A DNA stretch of 64,000 nt from Syntrophus aciditrophicus (GTDB lineage: Bacteria > Desulfobacterota > Syntrophia > Syntrophales > UBA5619). The stretch spans positions 13,296 to 77,295 of the forward strand of contig DYLD01000001.1 in assembly GCA_020722315.1 (NCBI GenBank). The letters run 5' to 3'. Shown here in pieces: positions 17,599 through 26,957 of this stretch (within the stretch, counting starts at the first letter, position 1; every line of letters starts with the position of its first letter). A program made the position numbers and the translations under genes. The notes under the pieces were generated by a model. It was given only the letters and a program-made list of their open reading frames with translations. It did not search any database and was not told where the DNA came from.

Positions 17599-17799
17599 TT
17601 ACTTGTCGGACAATCTCATCAGTATCTCAACAGAATCGTGCAATTTTCCGGCCGCTTCCAAAAGCACCGAAGCCGTTTTCGCGCCGCCCTTTTGATTCTG
17701 AATCTTTTTTGCCCACTCCTCGTACTCGGCGATATGCTGCCGTTCATGTTCGATCCAGTGTTCAATCAGATGTTTTTTTACCTTTGTTAAGTCGTCCAT
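17599..17799 (-). CDS. Hypothetical small His-rich helical protein (66 aa)
   Basis: Start trimmed to MDDLTKVKKHLIEHWIEHERQHIAEYEEW... after the RBS GGGAGG. There is no signal peptide. Confidence 0.4.
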   Translation of the reverse strand: MDDLTKVKKHLIEHWIEHERQHIAEYEEWAKKIQNQKGGAKTASVLLEAAGKLHDSVEILMRLSDK

Positions 17800-17900
17800 G
17801 AATCCTCCCGTTGCGTTACTTTTTTTCGCTTTTTTGTGTATGCCGATGCAAAACCACGCACGGAATACAGCGAAATTTAAGTCAAAGTGGTGTCTTGGCT

Positions 17901-18953
17901 TCATTTGTTCCAGACGGCGGCGTAGGGATCGCCCTTGACAAGCATCCCCGCCAGTGCCGCCTTCCCGGAAAAGCGTTTCAGCGGGACAATAAAGGGAAGA
18001 TTCTTTTCGATGGGCCGCCCGGCCAGAGCCGAACCCATTTTTGCGCGGGAGATAAGTGGAAGAAGACCCCCTTTCGCGTTAAATTCCTCTCTGCTGACCT
18101 TGCTTGCGGCAAAGGCCGCATTGAAGTCGAAACCCAGCGCGATCCCGTCGCAGACGTCGCTTTTTTTGTTCACGCGCATTGCCACAAGCGTCGGGGAGAT
18201 GCCGTTTACCGCATATTTCTCCATATCCCTGTCGCTGATCGCATCCGCGTACCCGCCCCCCTTGCCGGTCGTCGTATCGAACATGACCTGAAGGGCGTCG
18301 GCCCAGCACTTCGCCGGGGCGCTGACAAACACGTAGCGATCCCCTTCGCGCAGCGGCAGTTCCCTCATGATGAACATCCCCGACAGGTAACCGATATTGA
18401 CCCCCGGGCAGACGTGGTTGTGAAACGACGCCGCCATGAGCAGCGTCCAGGGGGCATCCACGGACCACGCCCGGCTGATCGTCACGATGGAAAAGAGGTT
18501 CTGCCCGATCGGCCCTGCGGAGGCCTCCTTCCAAGCCGCGGGTTTCAGAATGACCTCCGGGGCCGCGTTGATCCGCTGCGTCTTGATGCCGCCCTTTGTC
18601 CAGCCGATATACATCAGCGCCCCCGTATCCTTCCGGTAGAGGGAGGCCCAGAGCGGTGCGTAAAATGGGGAGTGAACGGAAAGCAGCGACCGCTTCCCGA
18701 GCGTGCAGCCCGTCGCCGCGCTTGCGGCATCCCAAAAGGCCTCGGTCGATTGGTTTTCCATCTGTCCATACCCGGCATTGGTGAGCATGAAAAGCCTGCC
18801 GTCGCCGACGGGAAGGCCGATTTCGTCAAGGGCGGCTTTCAGCGCCGCCTCCATTTTCCCCATATCCGCGGGCGCCGCTGCTGCCGATAGCGGAATCAGG
18901 AAGGAAAGCGCCGCCGCAAGTACAAACAATAAAAGAGGTTTCAGTTTTTTCAT
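17901..18953 (-). CDS. Exported FmdE-family protein
   Basis: The signal peptide is MKKLKPLLLFVLAAALSFLIPLSAAAAP. The motif SFHNHVCPGVNIGY matches the FmdE-domain H-x-C-P-G signature as I recall it. Confidence 0.55.
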   Translation of the reverse strand: MKKLKPLLLFVLAAALSFLIPLSAAAAPADMGKMEAALKAALDEIGLPVGDGRLFMLTNAGYGQMENQSTEAFWDAASAATGCTLGKRSLLSVHSPFYAPLWASLYRKDTGALMYIGWTKGGIKTQRINAAPEVILKPAAWKEASAGPIGQNLFSIVTISRAWSVDAPWTLLMAASFHNHVCPGVNIGYLSGMFIMRELPLREGDRYVFVSAPAKCWADALQVMFDTTTGKGGGYADAISDRDMEKYAVNGISPTLVAMRVNKKSDVCDGIALGFDFNAAFAASKVSREEFNAKGGLLPLISRAKMGSALAGRPIEKNLPFIVPLKRFSGKAALAGMLVKGDPYAAVWNK

Positions 18954-19066
18954 CGTTAAATGTCCTTTCTGGCATATCAGCCTGAAAATGCATGCATTTA
19001 TTATCCTGAAGCGTGGGGAGGGCGGCGGATACGGGCCAGTTATCTCCCCCGCGCTTTCACGAACGG

Positions 19067-21283
19067 TTAAAACTCCACGGATGCAGACAGTATCGCCGAA
19101 AACGGGGCGCCCGCCATATAGCTTGTTGAGCCCGCGCGTGTATCATCCGAGGAATTGATGCGTGAGATGTATCTTCGGTCGAGGATGTTGTTCAGCTCGG
19201 CTGCGATCTTGAGATTTTCGGCGACGGGAATTTTCTTGAACGTGTAACTGAGTTTAAGGTTTAGCGTTGCATAGGATGAAACCTCTTCCTTATGTTCCAC
19301 GTCCGCATAGCGCGAGCCGATGAAATTCACCGACGGAATTGCCTCCAGGGCGCCCCATTTGTAGATCAAGCCTGTTTTTACGATCATTCTGGGTGTATCC
19401 ACGACCTGGTTATCCTTTGCCTTCAGCGTGGCGCCGTTATAGGTTAAATCGTCGTCGTACTCCAAAATGGTGTACGTCGGATTGATGAAAACAGTAACGC
19501 TGGGATGAAGATGGAAGTTTGCCTCCACATCAAGACCATAGCCGGTGGCCTTGCCGATGTTCTGCTGGTAGTTGAGATTGACCCGCGAATCGTAGATCGT
19601 CGTGAGCAGGTTTTTGTGCCTGCCGTAAAAGACCGTCGGCGCGAAATCGAACCGTGCGGTTTTCAGACGCATCCCCAGATCGATATTGTCCGACTCCTCA
19701 ATGTCGTACCCTTTGAAGAGGTCATTGAGCATGATCCCTTTTGCGGTAAATGCCGCTTTATTCTGGCTGTAGAGGTTCACCAGCGGCAGGTACGCATAGG
19801 GACGGATGAAGTTTTTTCCGTAGCTTGTGTAAAATTGCAGATTTTCAGAATGCGTCCAGGAAAGTCCCGCGCTTGGCAGGACAATGTCGTACGTTCTCGC
19901 CTCGCGGTCAAGGGCCGCATCCCGTATCAGGCTGTAAGCAGGCGCAGGCCCGGATCTGTACCCTTCGCTTGCCGAGTCCTCAAAACGGAAATACTTGACG
20001 CCCGCCTGCCAGTCTATCTTCTTGAGCGAGCCGGCAATCTTCAGATAGGGGCTGTGGATATACGTGTCGCCGGTCGTGGCCGTCACCCCGTAGCCCTGCC
20101 AGGCAAGCCCCACCGGGTTGTATTTTTGCGTGTAAATCTGCATGTCCGAGTTTTCAAAATGGTAACCTGCGGTGATATTCACCGGTTTGGCGCCCCAGAA
20201 GCCCTCGACGATGACGCCCTTGCGGTCGATATCGCGGGTTCGTTTCTGGATAATACCACCCCCGGAGCTGCTCCCCTGATAAATCTCTGTCTCTTCATCG
20301 CAAAAATAGGGTTTCAGCGTGAATCGGAGTTGTTCCGAGGGAGTGACCGTGATGAAGGCGATCAGGTCCTTGTTCTCGTATTCGCCCCTGTTGTAGTCGT
20401 AGTAATTGATATCGGTCGCCTTAACGCCGGTGAGGGTTTCATTGTAATCGAGTTTGTAATTGGCGTCGAGGTTCTGGCTCTCGGCGTAGGTAAGCGATCG
20501 GTAGAGATTCTGCTTGAGGTCGTTGGAGTTGAGCCAGAGCTTCACATCCACGATGCTGCCCAGCGGCTGCTCCAGGGCGAGGTTAAAGTTGTTCCGCGGA
20601 CCTGTTTTCCCCGGCCCCTTCCATTTGTCGGCTTCGGTATAGGAATAGGAACCGGAAAACGCCGTGCCCGATTTCGTGAGGCTGCCGGAATCAAAACGGA
20701 GGTAGGTGCGGTGGTAGTTGTCCGTGCCGAACCCCTGTCGGAACGTGAAACCCAGTTCTTTTTTGGGCCAGTTTGGTTTCAGATCGATCGCCCCTCCGCG
20801 CGAGCCGATTCCCGCGCCAAAATCGGCAGGCGCCGCCCCTTTATACACCGATAGGGATTGAAAATTCTCCATATCGTAGATGTATTCGCGCGGCCCGATC
20901 GGGTTGCCGCCGTAGTTCGGAACCCCGCTTACACCCAGGGCACCAAGCATGCCGCGAACCCCCCGCACGCGGATGGTTCTCTGTTCCGCCCCTAATCCAT
21001 AGGGATCGGCGCTCTCCACACTGACGCCCGGCAAAATGCCGATCGCCTCATAGACGCTCGTGCTTGCCGGCGTTCCCTGGACTTCGATGCCTTTCGCTGT
21101 GATCTCCGTCCCGGTGTAAACGGTCTCTCCGGTTTCACGGGTCGGCGCAATGATCTTCTCCCCCGTGACAACGATCTCCTCGAACTGTTTGATAGCGCGT
21201 GCATCTTCGGCTGCGCCGGCGCCCCAGGGGATGCATACGCTCACAACCGCCACGACCCCCAAAAACCATTTACCCTTTTTCAT
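19067..21283 (-). CDS. TonB-dependent outer-membrane receptor
   Basis: It has a signal peptide, the plug motif EEIVVTGEKIIAPTRETGETVYTG, and a C-terminal ...SASVEF end. Confidence 0.85.
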   Translation of the reverse strand: MKKGKWFLGVVAVVSVCIPWGAGAAEDARAIKQFEEIVVTGEKIIAPTRETGETVYTGTEITAKGIEVQGTPASTSVYEAIGILPGVSVESADPYGLGAEQRTIRVRGVRGMLGALGVSGVPNYGGNPIGPREYIYDMENFQSLSVYKGAAPADFGAGIGSRGGAIDLKPNWPKKELGFTFRQGFGTDNYHRTYLRFDSGSLTKSGTAFSGSYSYTEADKWKGPGKTGPRNNFNLALEQPLGSIVDVKLWLNSNDLKQNLYRSLTYAESQNLDANYKLDYNETLTGVKATDINYYDYNRGEYENKDLIAFITVTPSEQLRFTLKPYFCDEETEIYQGSSSGGGIIQKRTRDIDRKGVIVEGFWGAKPVNITAGYHFENSDMQIYTQKYNPVGLAWQGYGVTATTGDTYIHSPYLKIAGSLKKIDWQAGVKYFRFEDSASEGYRSGPAPAYSLIRDAALDREARTYDIVLPSAGLSWTHSENLQFYTSYGKNFIRPYAYLPLVNLYSQNKAAFTAKGIMLNDLFKGYDIEESDNIDLGMRLKTARFDFAPTVFYGRHKNLLTTIYDSRVNLNYQQNIGKATGYGLDVEANFHLHPSVTVFINPTYTILEYDDDLTYNGATLKAKDNQVVDTPRMIVKTGLIYKWGALEAIPSVNFIGSRYADVEHKEEVSSYATLNLKLSYTFKKIPVAENLKIAAELNNILDRRYISRINSSDDTRAGSTSYMAGAPFSAILSASVEF

Positions 21284-21404
21284 TGCTTCTCCTCCTTTCC
21301 TCTTTATTGAATTAAATGCGGAAATTTCCTGAAAGGAAGGAGTTCCATGGCATGGCGGCTGTGCTCGACGGAATAACTTTTGTTTTCTCGAGAACTTACA
21401 TGGA

Positions 21405-21595
21405 GAGAACTTTGCAAAACGCCACCTTCGCGCTGATCGGATCTTTTTCGACCCCGCGGCGCCTCACATCGGCTTCAAAGGTTAAACGCTCTGGGATAGT
21501 TCGCGTTCCTGACGCCTTTGCAGCCTTGCTGCGACGGCGGGGTACCCCGAAAAATCAATAAATGCGCGCTTCAGGCGGCATTTTTCAAAGCTCTC
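21405..21595. repeat. ~190-bp palindromic intergenic repeat, copy B
   Basis: Same orientation as copy A. The shared core is ATCTTTTTCGACCCCGC...TAAACGCTCT...GTTCGCGTTC...CTTGCTGCGACGGCGGGGTACCCCGAAAAATC...GCGCTTCAGGC.GCATTTTTCAAAG. Confidence 0.85.
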
Positions 21596-21617
21596 ATGGA
21601 TAAAAACACAATTCCGC

Positions 21618-21669
21618 AAAAAAAACGCCACGAAAGCGCCCCCCTCCAGGGAATTCACGCCTTCGTGGC
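21618..21669 (-). terminator. Intrinsic terminator-like hairpin inside the leader of the receptor/FmdE operon
   Basis: The minus strand reads GCCACGAAGGCG-loop-GGCGCTTTCGTGGC followed by GTTTTTTTT. Confidence 0.6.
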
Positions 21670-21980
21670 ATTCTTGATAGGTCTTTTTCTGCTTATTATC
21701 GCAGATGTTTTTCTGTAACCAGCTTCTTCACCGGCTTCAATGCCGGTTTTCCACCACCGACTTCTCGGATGATTTGCGGACTGCTTATCACGACCATCTG
21801 CCGAAGTCAAGCCTTTTTCTGGGAAATTTTTCCGTTTCAGGCAACAGGTTTTAAGCAAAATTTAACCGAACCTGAAGATTTCTTTTCCGGCGACGGGTTC
21901 ATTAAAACTTAACCGAACCTAAATAATGTTGCAACAAACGGCTGCTATCATCGCCCCCAAACACGGTCAAGGAGGCTGTT

Positions 21981-22793
21981 ATGAAGACAATCAAAGCTGT
22001 GAAAGTCAAACTCGGTTATGGAAACAAGGTCGTCTTGACGGATATCGATCTGGAGGTGTCCGGAGGCGAATTTATCAGCATCATCGGCCCTTCCGGTGTG
22101 GGGAAAACGACGCTGCTGATGGCGATCAACGGCAACGTAAAGATCTTCGATGGAGAAATGTCCGTTCTCAACCACAATTTGCGAACCATCGGAAACACCG
22201 ATTTGAAATCGATACGCGCCCGGATCGGGGTGATTTTCCAGGGGTATCACCTCGTTAAGCGCCTGAACGTGCTCGACAACGTCGCCGGGGGAATGCTCCG
22301 GAAAATGAATTCCCTGCAGGCCGCCATTAAGTACTACCGGCACGACCAGTACGAGTTGATCTACGGGTACATGCGTGCGGTCAGGCTTGAAAACGAGGCG
22401 CTGCAGCGCTGCGATAGGCTTTCCGGCGGGCAGATGCAGCGTGTGGCCATCGCCCGTGCGCTTGCCCAGGAACCTGAGATCATCCTAGCGGATGAACCGA
22501 TTTCTTCCCTTGATCCGATAAGCGCGACGGGCGTGATGGATACACTGGCCAGGATCAATAAGGAATACGGCCTGACCGTGATCGCCAATCTTCACCAGCT
22601 TGAATACGCCCGGCGCTATTCCCGGCGGATCATCGGGATGAACAAAGGCCGGATCATCTATGACGGCAAGCCCGAGGCGCTCGACGACGCAACCGTCGCC
22701 CGGATTTATCAGGGAGAACGCGCCGGCGAGGTCGAACCATCGCTCGAATTCCCGCTGCCTGCCGCTGCACGGGTAGCTGTCTACAATGCGTAA
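21981..22793 (+). CDS. phnC: Phosphonate ABC transporter ATP-binding protein
   Basis: Walker A GPSGVGKTT, signature LSGGQMQRVAIARAL, and operon context. Confidence 0.85.
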   Translation: MKTIKAVKVKLGYGNKVVLTDIDLEVSGGEFISIIGPSGVGKTTLLMAINGNVKIFDGEMSVLNHNLRTIGNTDLKSIRARIGVIFQGYHLVKRLNVLDNVAGGMLRKMNSLQAAIKYYRHDQYELIYGYMRAVRLENEALQRCDRLSGGQMQRVAIARALAQEPEIILADEPISSLDPISATGVMDTLARINKEYGLTVIANLHQLEYARRYSRRIIGMNKGRIIYDGKPEALDDATVARIYQGERAGEVEPSLEFPLPAAARVAVYNA

Positions 22794-22895
22794 CCGTCGA
22801 AATGAGACGAAACAACACACCGTGAACAAGGAACTACCGTTTTTTTGAAGCAACACATCTCGCTGAACCATCATAAAATTAATAAGGAGGTTACT

Positions 22896-23780
22896 ATGAA
22901 ACAGATGTTAAGAACGGCAATTACGGTCTTGGTAATGACAGGGATCATTCTTACAAAAACGGCATTTGCAGCCGGTAACCCTTCCGACTGGCCCGCTAAA
23001 CTTACGTTCGGCATCATCCCGACGGATTCCTCGTCTAACATAACCGAAAGGACCAAAAATCTTGTCGAATACCTGGAAAAAAGCATCGGCCTACCGATTA
23101 CCGTCAAGGTAACGACGGATTACGCCGGCGTGATCGCCGGTATGCAGTTCAAACATGTTGATTTTGCGTATTTCGGCCCGAAATCGTACGTCGAGGCGGC
23201 AAAGAGAGCCAATGCGGAGGCTTTTGCCATTGAGGTCGGCGAAGACGGAACGACCGGCTACTATGGACTGATCATTACAAAGAAGGGTTCCGGACTCAAC
23301 AGCATCGCGGATATCAAAGGCAAAACATGGGCCTTCACCGACCCGAACTCGACGAGCGGGACGCTTGTCCCGTCCGTCTATTTCTACAAGGAGCTCCATG
23401 TGGCTCCCGAAAAATATTTCTCGAAGGTTATCTATTCGGGAAGTCATGCGGCTTCGATGATCGCCGTACGATCCGGCAGGGTTGATGCGGCATCCACCAA
23501 TGACCTCGATATGGCCCGGGGGGAAGGAAAGACATGGAACTCAGAACAGGATTTCAACATCATCTGGAAGTCTAAACTGATCCCCGGTTCGCCGATGGCA
23601 TACAGGAAAGACCTGCCGCCATCTCTGAAAAAGAGGATCAAAGACGCCTTTCTCGCCTACAGGGATCCTGCCGGCCTCGAAATGCTGAAAATCAAGGGAT
23701 ATGCGGACGGAAATGATTCCGTCTATGATCCCATCAGGGATCTGATTGAGGTCAAGGCCAAAATGGTCGCAAAGAAGTAA
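22896..23780 (+). CDS. phnD: Phosphonate ABC transporter substrate-binding protein
   Basis: Start trimmed to the ATG after the AAGGAGG RBS. It has a signal peptide and the PhnD-like stretch FGIIPTDSS...YFGPKSYVEA...FTDPNSTSG. Confidence 0.85.
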   Translation: MKQMLRTAITVLVMTGIILTKTAFAAGNPSDWPAKLTFGIIPTDSSSNITERTKNLVEYLEKSIGLPITVKVTTDYAGVIAGMQFKHVDFAYFGPKSYVEAAKRANAEAFAIEVGEDGTTGYYGLIITKKGSGLNSIADIKGKTWAFTDPNSTSGTLVPSVYFYKELHVAPEKYFSKVIYSGSHAASMIAVRSGRVDAASTNDLDMARGEGKTWNSEQDFNIIWKSKLIPGSPMAYRKDLPPSLKKRIKDAFLAYRDPAGLEMLKIKGYADGNDSVYDPIRDLIEVKAKMVAKK

Positions 23781-23807
23781 TAGTTTTAAAAGAGGGCAAA
23801 TTCCCCC

Positions 23808-24689
23808 GTGCCGGGCCATGGATGTTGTGCCATGCAGCTTGAAGAGATCAAAAAGAGAACCAATCCGCTCAATCGTTATAACCTGGCGGTTCTGCTAATG
23901 ATGTTTGTACTTGCAACGTGGAGCTGGAAGTCCACCGAGATGAGCGTCGGTGTCCTCGCAAAGGGCTGGCTTAATATGATTGTCTATCTGACGGGAAATC
24001 CGGAGATCGAAAACAGCGGGTTTTTCCCTCCGGCTTCTAGCTCGACCGGGATTGTGAAGTATGTCAAGCTGATGGTTGAAACGGTGCAGATGGCCTTTCT
24101 GGCGCTGATTCTGTCGGTGGCGATCTCTTTCCCGCTCGCGTTTTTTGCCTCGCGCAACACGCTGGAGATCATCTTTCCCGGGCAGCGGCTTTTTGACAGG
24201 GTGATCCGTAAGGTCTCCTATATCACAACCCGGTTCGTGGCGAACCTGGCCCGCTCGATCAACGAACTGGTCTGGTCGCTGATGTTCGTCTCGGCGGTGG
24301 GACTGGGACCGATGCCCGGGATACTCGCGCTCGGCGTGCACACGGGCGGGGTTTTGATCAAGCTGTTTTCCGAGGGAATAGAGAATATCCAGAGCGAGCC
24401 GGTAACCGCGCTGACCGCGACGGGGGCCGGGCCGCTGAAGGTGATACGCTACGCGGTGATCCCGCAGATATCGCCGTTTTTTGTCTCGATGCTCCTCTAC
24501 CGCTTCGAATCGGATGTCCGCTCGGCGACGATTCTCGGTTTCACCGGCGCGGGCGGCATCGGGGTCTATCTGTACGACAAGCTCCGGTCTTATGAAAACA
24601 GGGATGTGACGACAATGCTGATTATCATTATCATCACAGTCGCCATTGTGGATCGGATGAGCGCCTGGATACGGAAAAAATATACCTAA
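23808..24689 (+). CDS. phnE: Phosphonate ABC transporter permease
   Basis: Contains INELVWSLMFVSAVGLGPMPGILAL...YRFESDVRSATILGFTGAGGIG. The start may instead be the ATG at 23832. Confidence 0.8.
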   Translation: MPGHGCCAMQLEEIKKRTNPLNRYNLAVLLMMFVLATWSWKSTEMSVGVLAKGWLNMIVYLTGNPEIENSGFFPPASSSTGIVKYVKLMVETVQMAFLALILSVAISFPLAFFASRNTLEIIFPGQRLFDRVIRKVSYITTRFVANLARSINELVWSLMFVSAVGLGPMPGILALGVHTGGVLIKLFSEGIENIQSEPVTALTATGAGPLKVIRYAVIPQISPFFVSMLLYRFESDVRSATILGFTGAGGIGVYLYDKLRSYENRDVTTMLIIIIITVAIVDRMSAWIRKKYT

Positions 24690-24790
24690 AAAAACGCTCG
24701 CCTCTCCCCCTTAAAGCCTTCTTTCCGGGAACACCCTCCACCCGGGAAGAAGGCGGGGAGTCGGCATATGAAAGAGATGGGAGGATCTGT

Positions 24791-25225
24791 ATGAACATGG
24801 AAGATCAAGAAGCAGCCGGATGGGATCACGTTTTATCGCGGACGGATCTCAAAACGGACCGCCGCATTCTGCTTGTGGTATCGGAAGGTTTGACTGTTCT
24901 GCGGGAGCCGCGTCCGGCGCTGGTGATGATGGCGGTAACGGACAGCTCCGGCGAAAGATTCAATCTCGGAGAGGTTTTGGTCACCGAGGTGGAGGTTTCC
25001 TGCAACGGCGAGAGGGGCTATGGAATCGCCGTAGGGGATTCCGCCGTCAAGGCGATGGCGATGGCGATTGTTGCCGCGGTGATGAAAGGGGAAAACACGG
25101 CCGTAAAGAGGCGACTGCTCAAACTTTTGGAAAGGATAAAACGGAGCAGCCGGCAGGCTCTGGATGTGGAAAATGCCCTTTATGCTGCGACAAAGGTTGA
25201 TTTTCAAATGATGGTGAAAAAATAG
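24791..25225 (+). CDS. phnG: C-P lyase core complex subunit PhnG
   Basis: Contains GERFNLGEVLVTE and a C-terminal ATKVDFQMMV, compared with E. coli PhnG ASRVDFFTMV. Confidence 0.8.
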   Translation: MNMEDQEAAGWDHVLSRTDLKTDRRILLVVSEGLTVLREPRPALVMMAVTDSSGERFNLGEVLVTEVEVSCNGERGYGIAVGDSAVKAMAMAIVAAVMKGENTAVKRRLLKLLERIKRSSRQALDVENALYAATKVDFQMMVKK

Positions 25226-25807
25226 ATGCTTTTTAAAACCGGTTCAGAAGATCAGAGCGTATTCAGGACTATCCTGCAGGCGGTCAGCCATCCCGGCCGA
25301 ATTTTTGTGCTTCCGGAAGCGTCCGATAGGCGAAAGAAGTGGGCTTCGTTGCTGAAACTTCTTACCGCGGTTATGGACGGCGAGATAACGCATCATATCG
25401 TAGACGGCGCATTGTGCCCGGACTTTTCCGATCTTCTCTACGCCGCGACAAAGAGCCCCGCCGTCGCTCTCGAATCTGCGGATTTCGTTATTGTCCCCGG
25501 CGGAGATACAAAAGGGTCCATCACGTCGGCGAAGCGGGGGACGCCGGAGTATCCCGACATGGCGGCAACAATTGTCTACGGGGTTCGTTTTATTGCCGCG
25601 GGCGAGGCTCAGGATGACGGGATTTTTTTACAGGGCCCCGGCATACATGGACGGATTGCTCTGCCGGTGATGGACGGCCTCAACAGCAATGATCTGCGGC
25701 TTCTTTTCGAGATCAACAATGATTTTCCGCTCGGCGTGGACACGCTCTTCGTAGATGAAGCGGGAAGGGTTGTCGCGATTCCGCGCAGCACCCGGATGAC
25801 CGACTGA
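25226..25807 (+). CDS. phnH: C-P lyase core complex subunit PhnH
   Basis: Contains FRTILQAVSHPGRIF, plus matching position and size. Confidence 0.75.
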   Translation: MLFKTGSEDQSVFRTILQAVSHPGRIFVLPEASDRRKKWASLLKLLTAVMDGEITHHIVDGALCPDFSDLLYAATKSPAVALESADFVIVPGGDTKGSITSAKRGTPEYPDMAATIVYGVRFIAAGEAQDDGIFLQGPGIHGRIALPVMDGLNSNDLRLLFEINNDFPLGVDTLFVDEAGRVVAIPRSTRMTD

Positions 25808-25823
25808 ATAAAGAAGAAGCTTT

Positions 25824-26957
25824 ATGGGATATGTTGCGGTAAAGGGTGGCGAACAGGCGATCGAAAACGCCTGCAACCTTTTTGCGTACCAGCGCATAAA
25901 GGGCGGCTCGCGTCCGCTTGCGGTCAAACAGATAGAAGAGCAACTCTATTTGCTTATTGATCGCGTGATGGGTGAAGGGTCGCTCTACGCACCCGAACTC
26001 GCTGCGCTTGCCGTCAAACAGGCCGCGGGGGATACGCTGGAGGCATCGTTCATGCTTCGGGCCTACCGTACGACGTTGCCGCGGATCGCCTCTACGTTGC
26101 CCGGGTCAACCGCGCGGATGAGGATATTTCGGAGGATTTCCGCATCGTTCAAGGATGTTCCGGGAGGTCAGGTGCTCGGTCCGACATCCGACTACACGCT
26201 CCGGCTTCTCAACTTCGATTTGTTTGATGAAACGAAGGCCTCGGCACAGCTTTTCCGCCGGTTCGTCGAACACAACCTGCGGAGCCATGAAAGACTTCCC
26301 GACACCTTTCCCAAGGTCATCGAAATCCTAAGGACGGAAGGATTGATCGTCAATCCGAAATCCGCCGGCTATAGCGACGAAAGTGACGGAGAACCTTTTG
26401 ACATCACCAGGGAGTCCCTTGTTTTTCCCGCTGCCCGCTCCGCCCGCTTACAGGCGATGGCGAGAGGAGAGACCGGCGGTCTTTTGCTTCTGGCATATTC
26501 CAGCATGCGCGGCTACGGTGATGTCCACCCGATTGTCGGCGAGCTGCGTGTGGGCTATCTTCCCGTTGTTGTTCCGGATCCTTATACAAAAGCGCCCCGG
26601 GTAGCCGGAGAGGTCAAGGTGACGGAGGCCGAGATCATTGCCCGTTACGACAGCGGATCCGGGAAACCTCTCTTTACGGTAGGTTACGGTCTGTGCTTCG
26701 GGCAGAACGAGATCAAGGCGATTTCGATGGCGATTCTCGATAGGGCGATGGAGGCCGCGGAAAACAACTCCCCCGCAAATGATCAGGAGTTTGTTCTTTC
26801 TCATATCGATGGGATCGAGTCGATGGGGTTCTGCAATCACTGGAAGCTTCCCCATTATGTTGATTTTCAGTCGGATCTTGACCGACTCAGAAAGGCGCAG
26901 GCATACCATGCCGATCGTGGAAAAGAGCAAAAAACAGACACGACAAATTCTCTATAA
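25824..26957 (+). CDS. phnI: C-P lyase core complex subunit PhnI
   Basis: The N-terminus is MGYVAVKGGEQAIENA. Size is 377 aa. Confidence 0.85.
   Translation: MGYVAVKGGEQAIENACNLFAYQRIKGGSRPLAVKQIEEQLYLLIDRVMGEGSLYAPELAALAVKQAAGDTLEASFMLRAYRTTLPRIASTLPGSTARMRIFRRISASFKDVPGGQVLGPTSDYTLRLLNFDLFDETKASAQLFRRFVEHNLRSHERLPDTFPKVIEILRTEGLIVNPKSAGYSDESDGEPFDITRESLVFPAARSARLQAMARGETGGLLLLAYSSMRGYGDVHPIVGELRVGYLPVVVPDPYTKAPRVAGEVKVTEAEIIARYDSGSGKPLFTVGYGLCFGQNEIKAISMAILDRAMEAAENNSPANDQEFVLSHIDGIESMGFCNHWKLPHYVDFQSDLDRLRKAQAYHADRGKEQKTDTTNSL

Noticed and set aside
17811-18890. 359-aa plus-strand ORF
   Set aside because: It is antisense to the FmdE-family gene. It is extremely Arg/Gly/Pro-rich, and the minus-strand product has a signal peptide and a family motif.
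19505-20854. 449-aa plus-strand ORF
   Set aside because: It is antisense to the TonB-dependent receptor gene. I recognise no motifs, and it has shadow-frame composition.
21655-21858. 67-aa minus-strand ORF in the receptor leader
   Set aside because: It runs through the terminator hairpin and has no RBS. I treat it as leader RNA.
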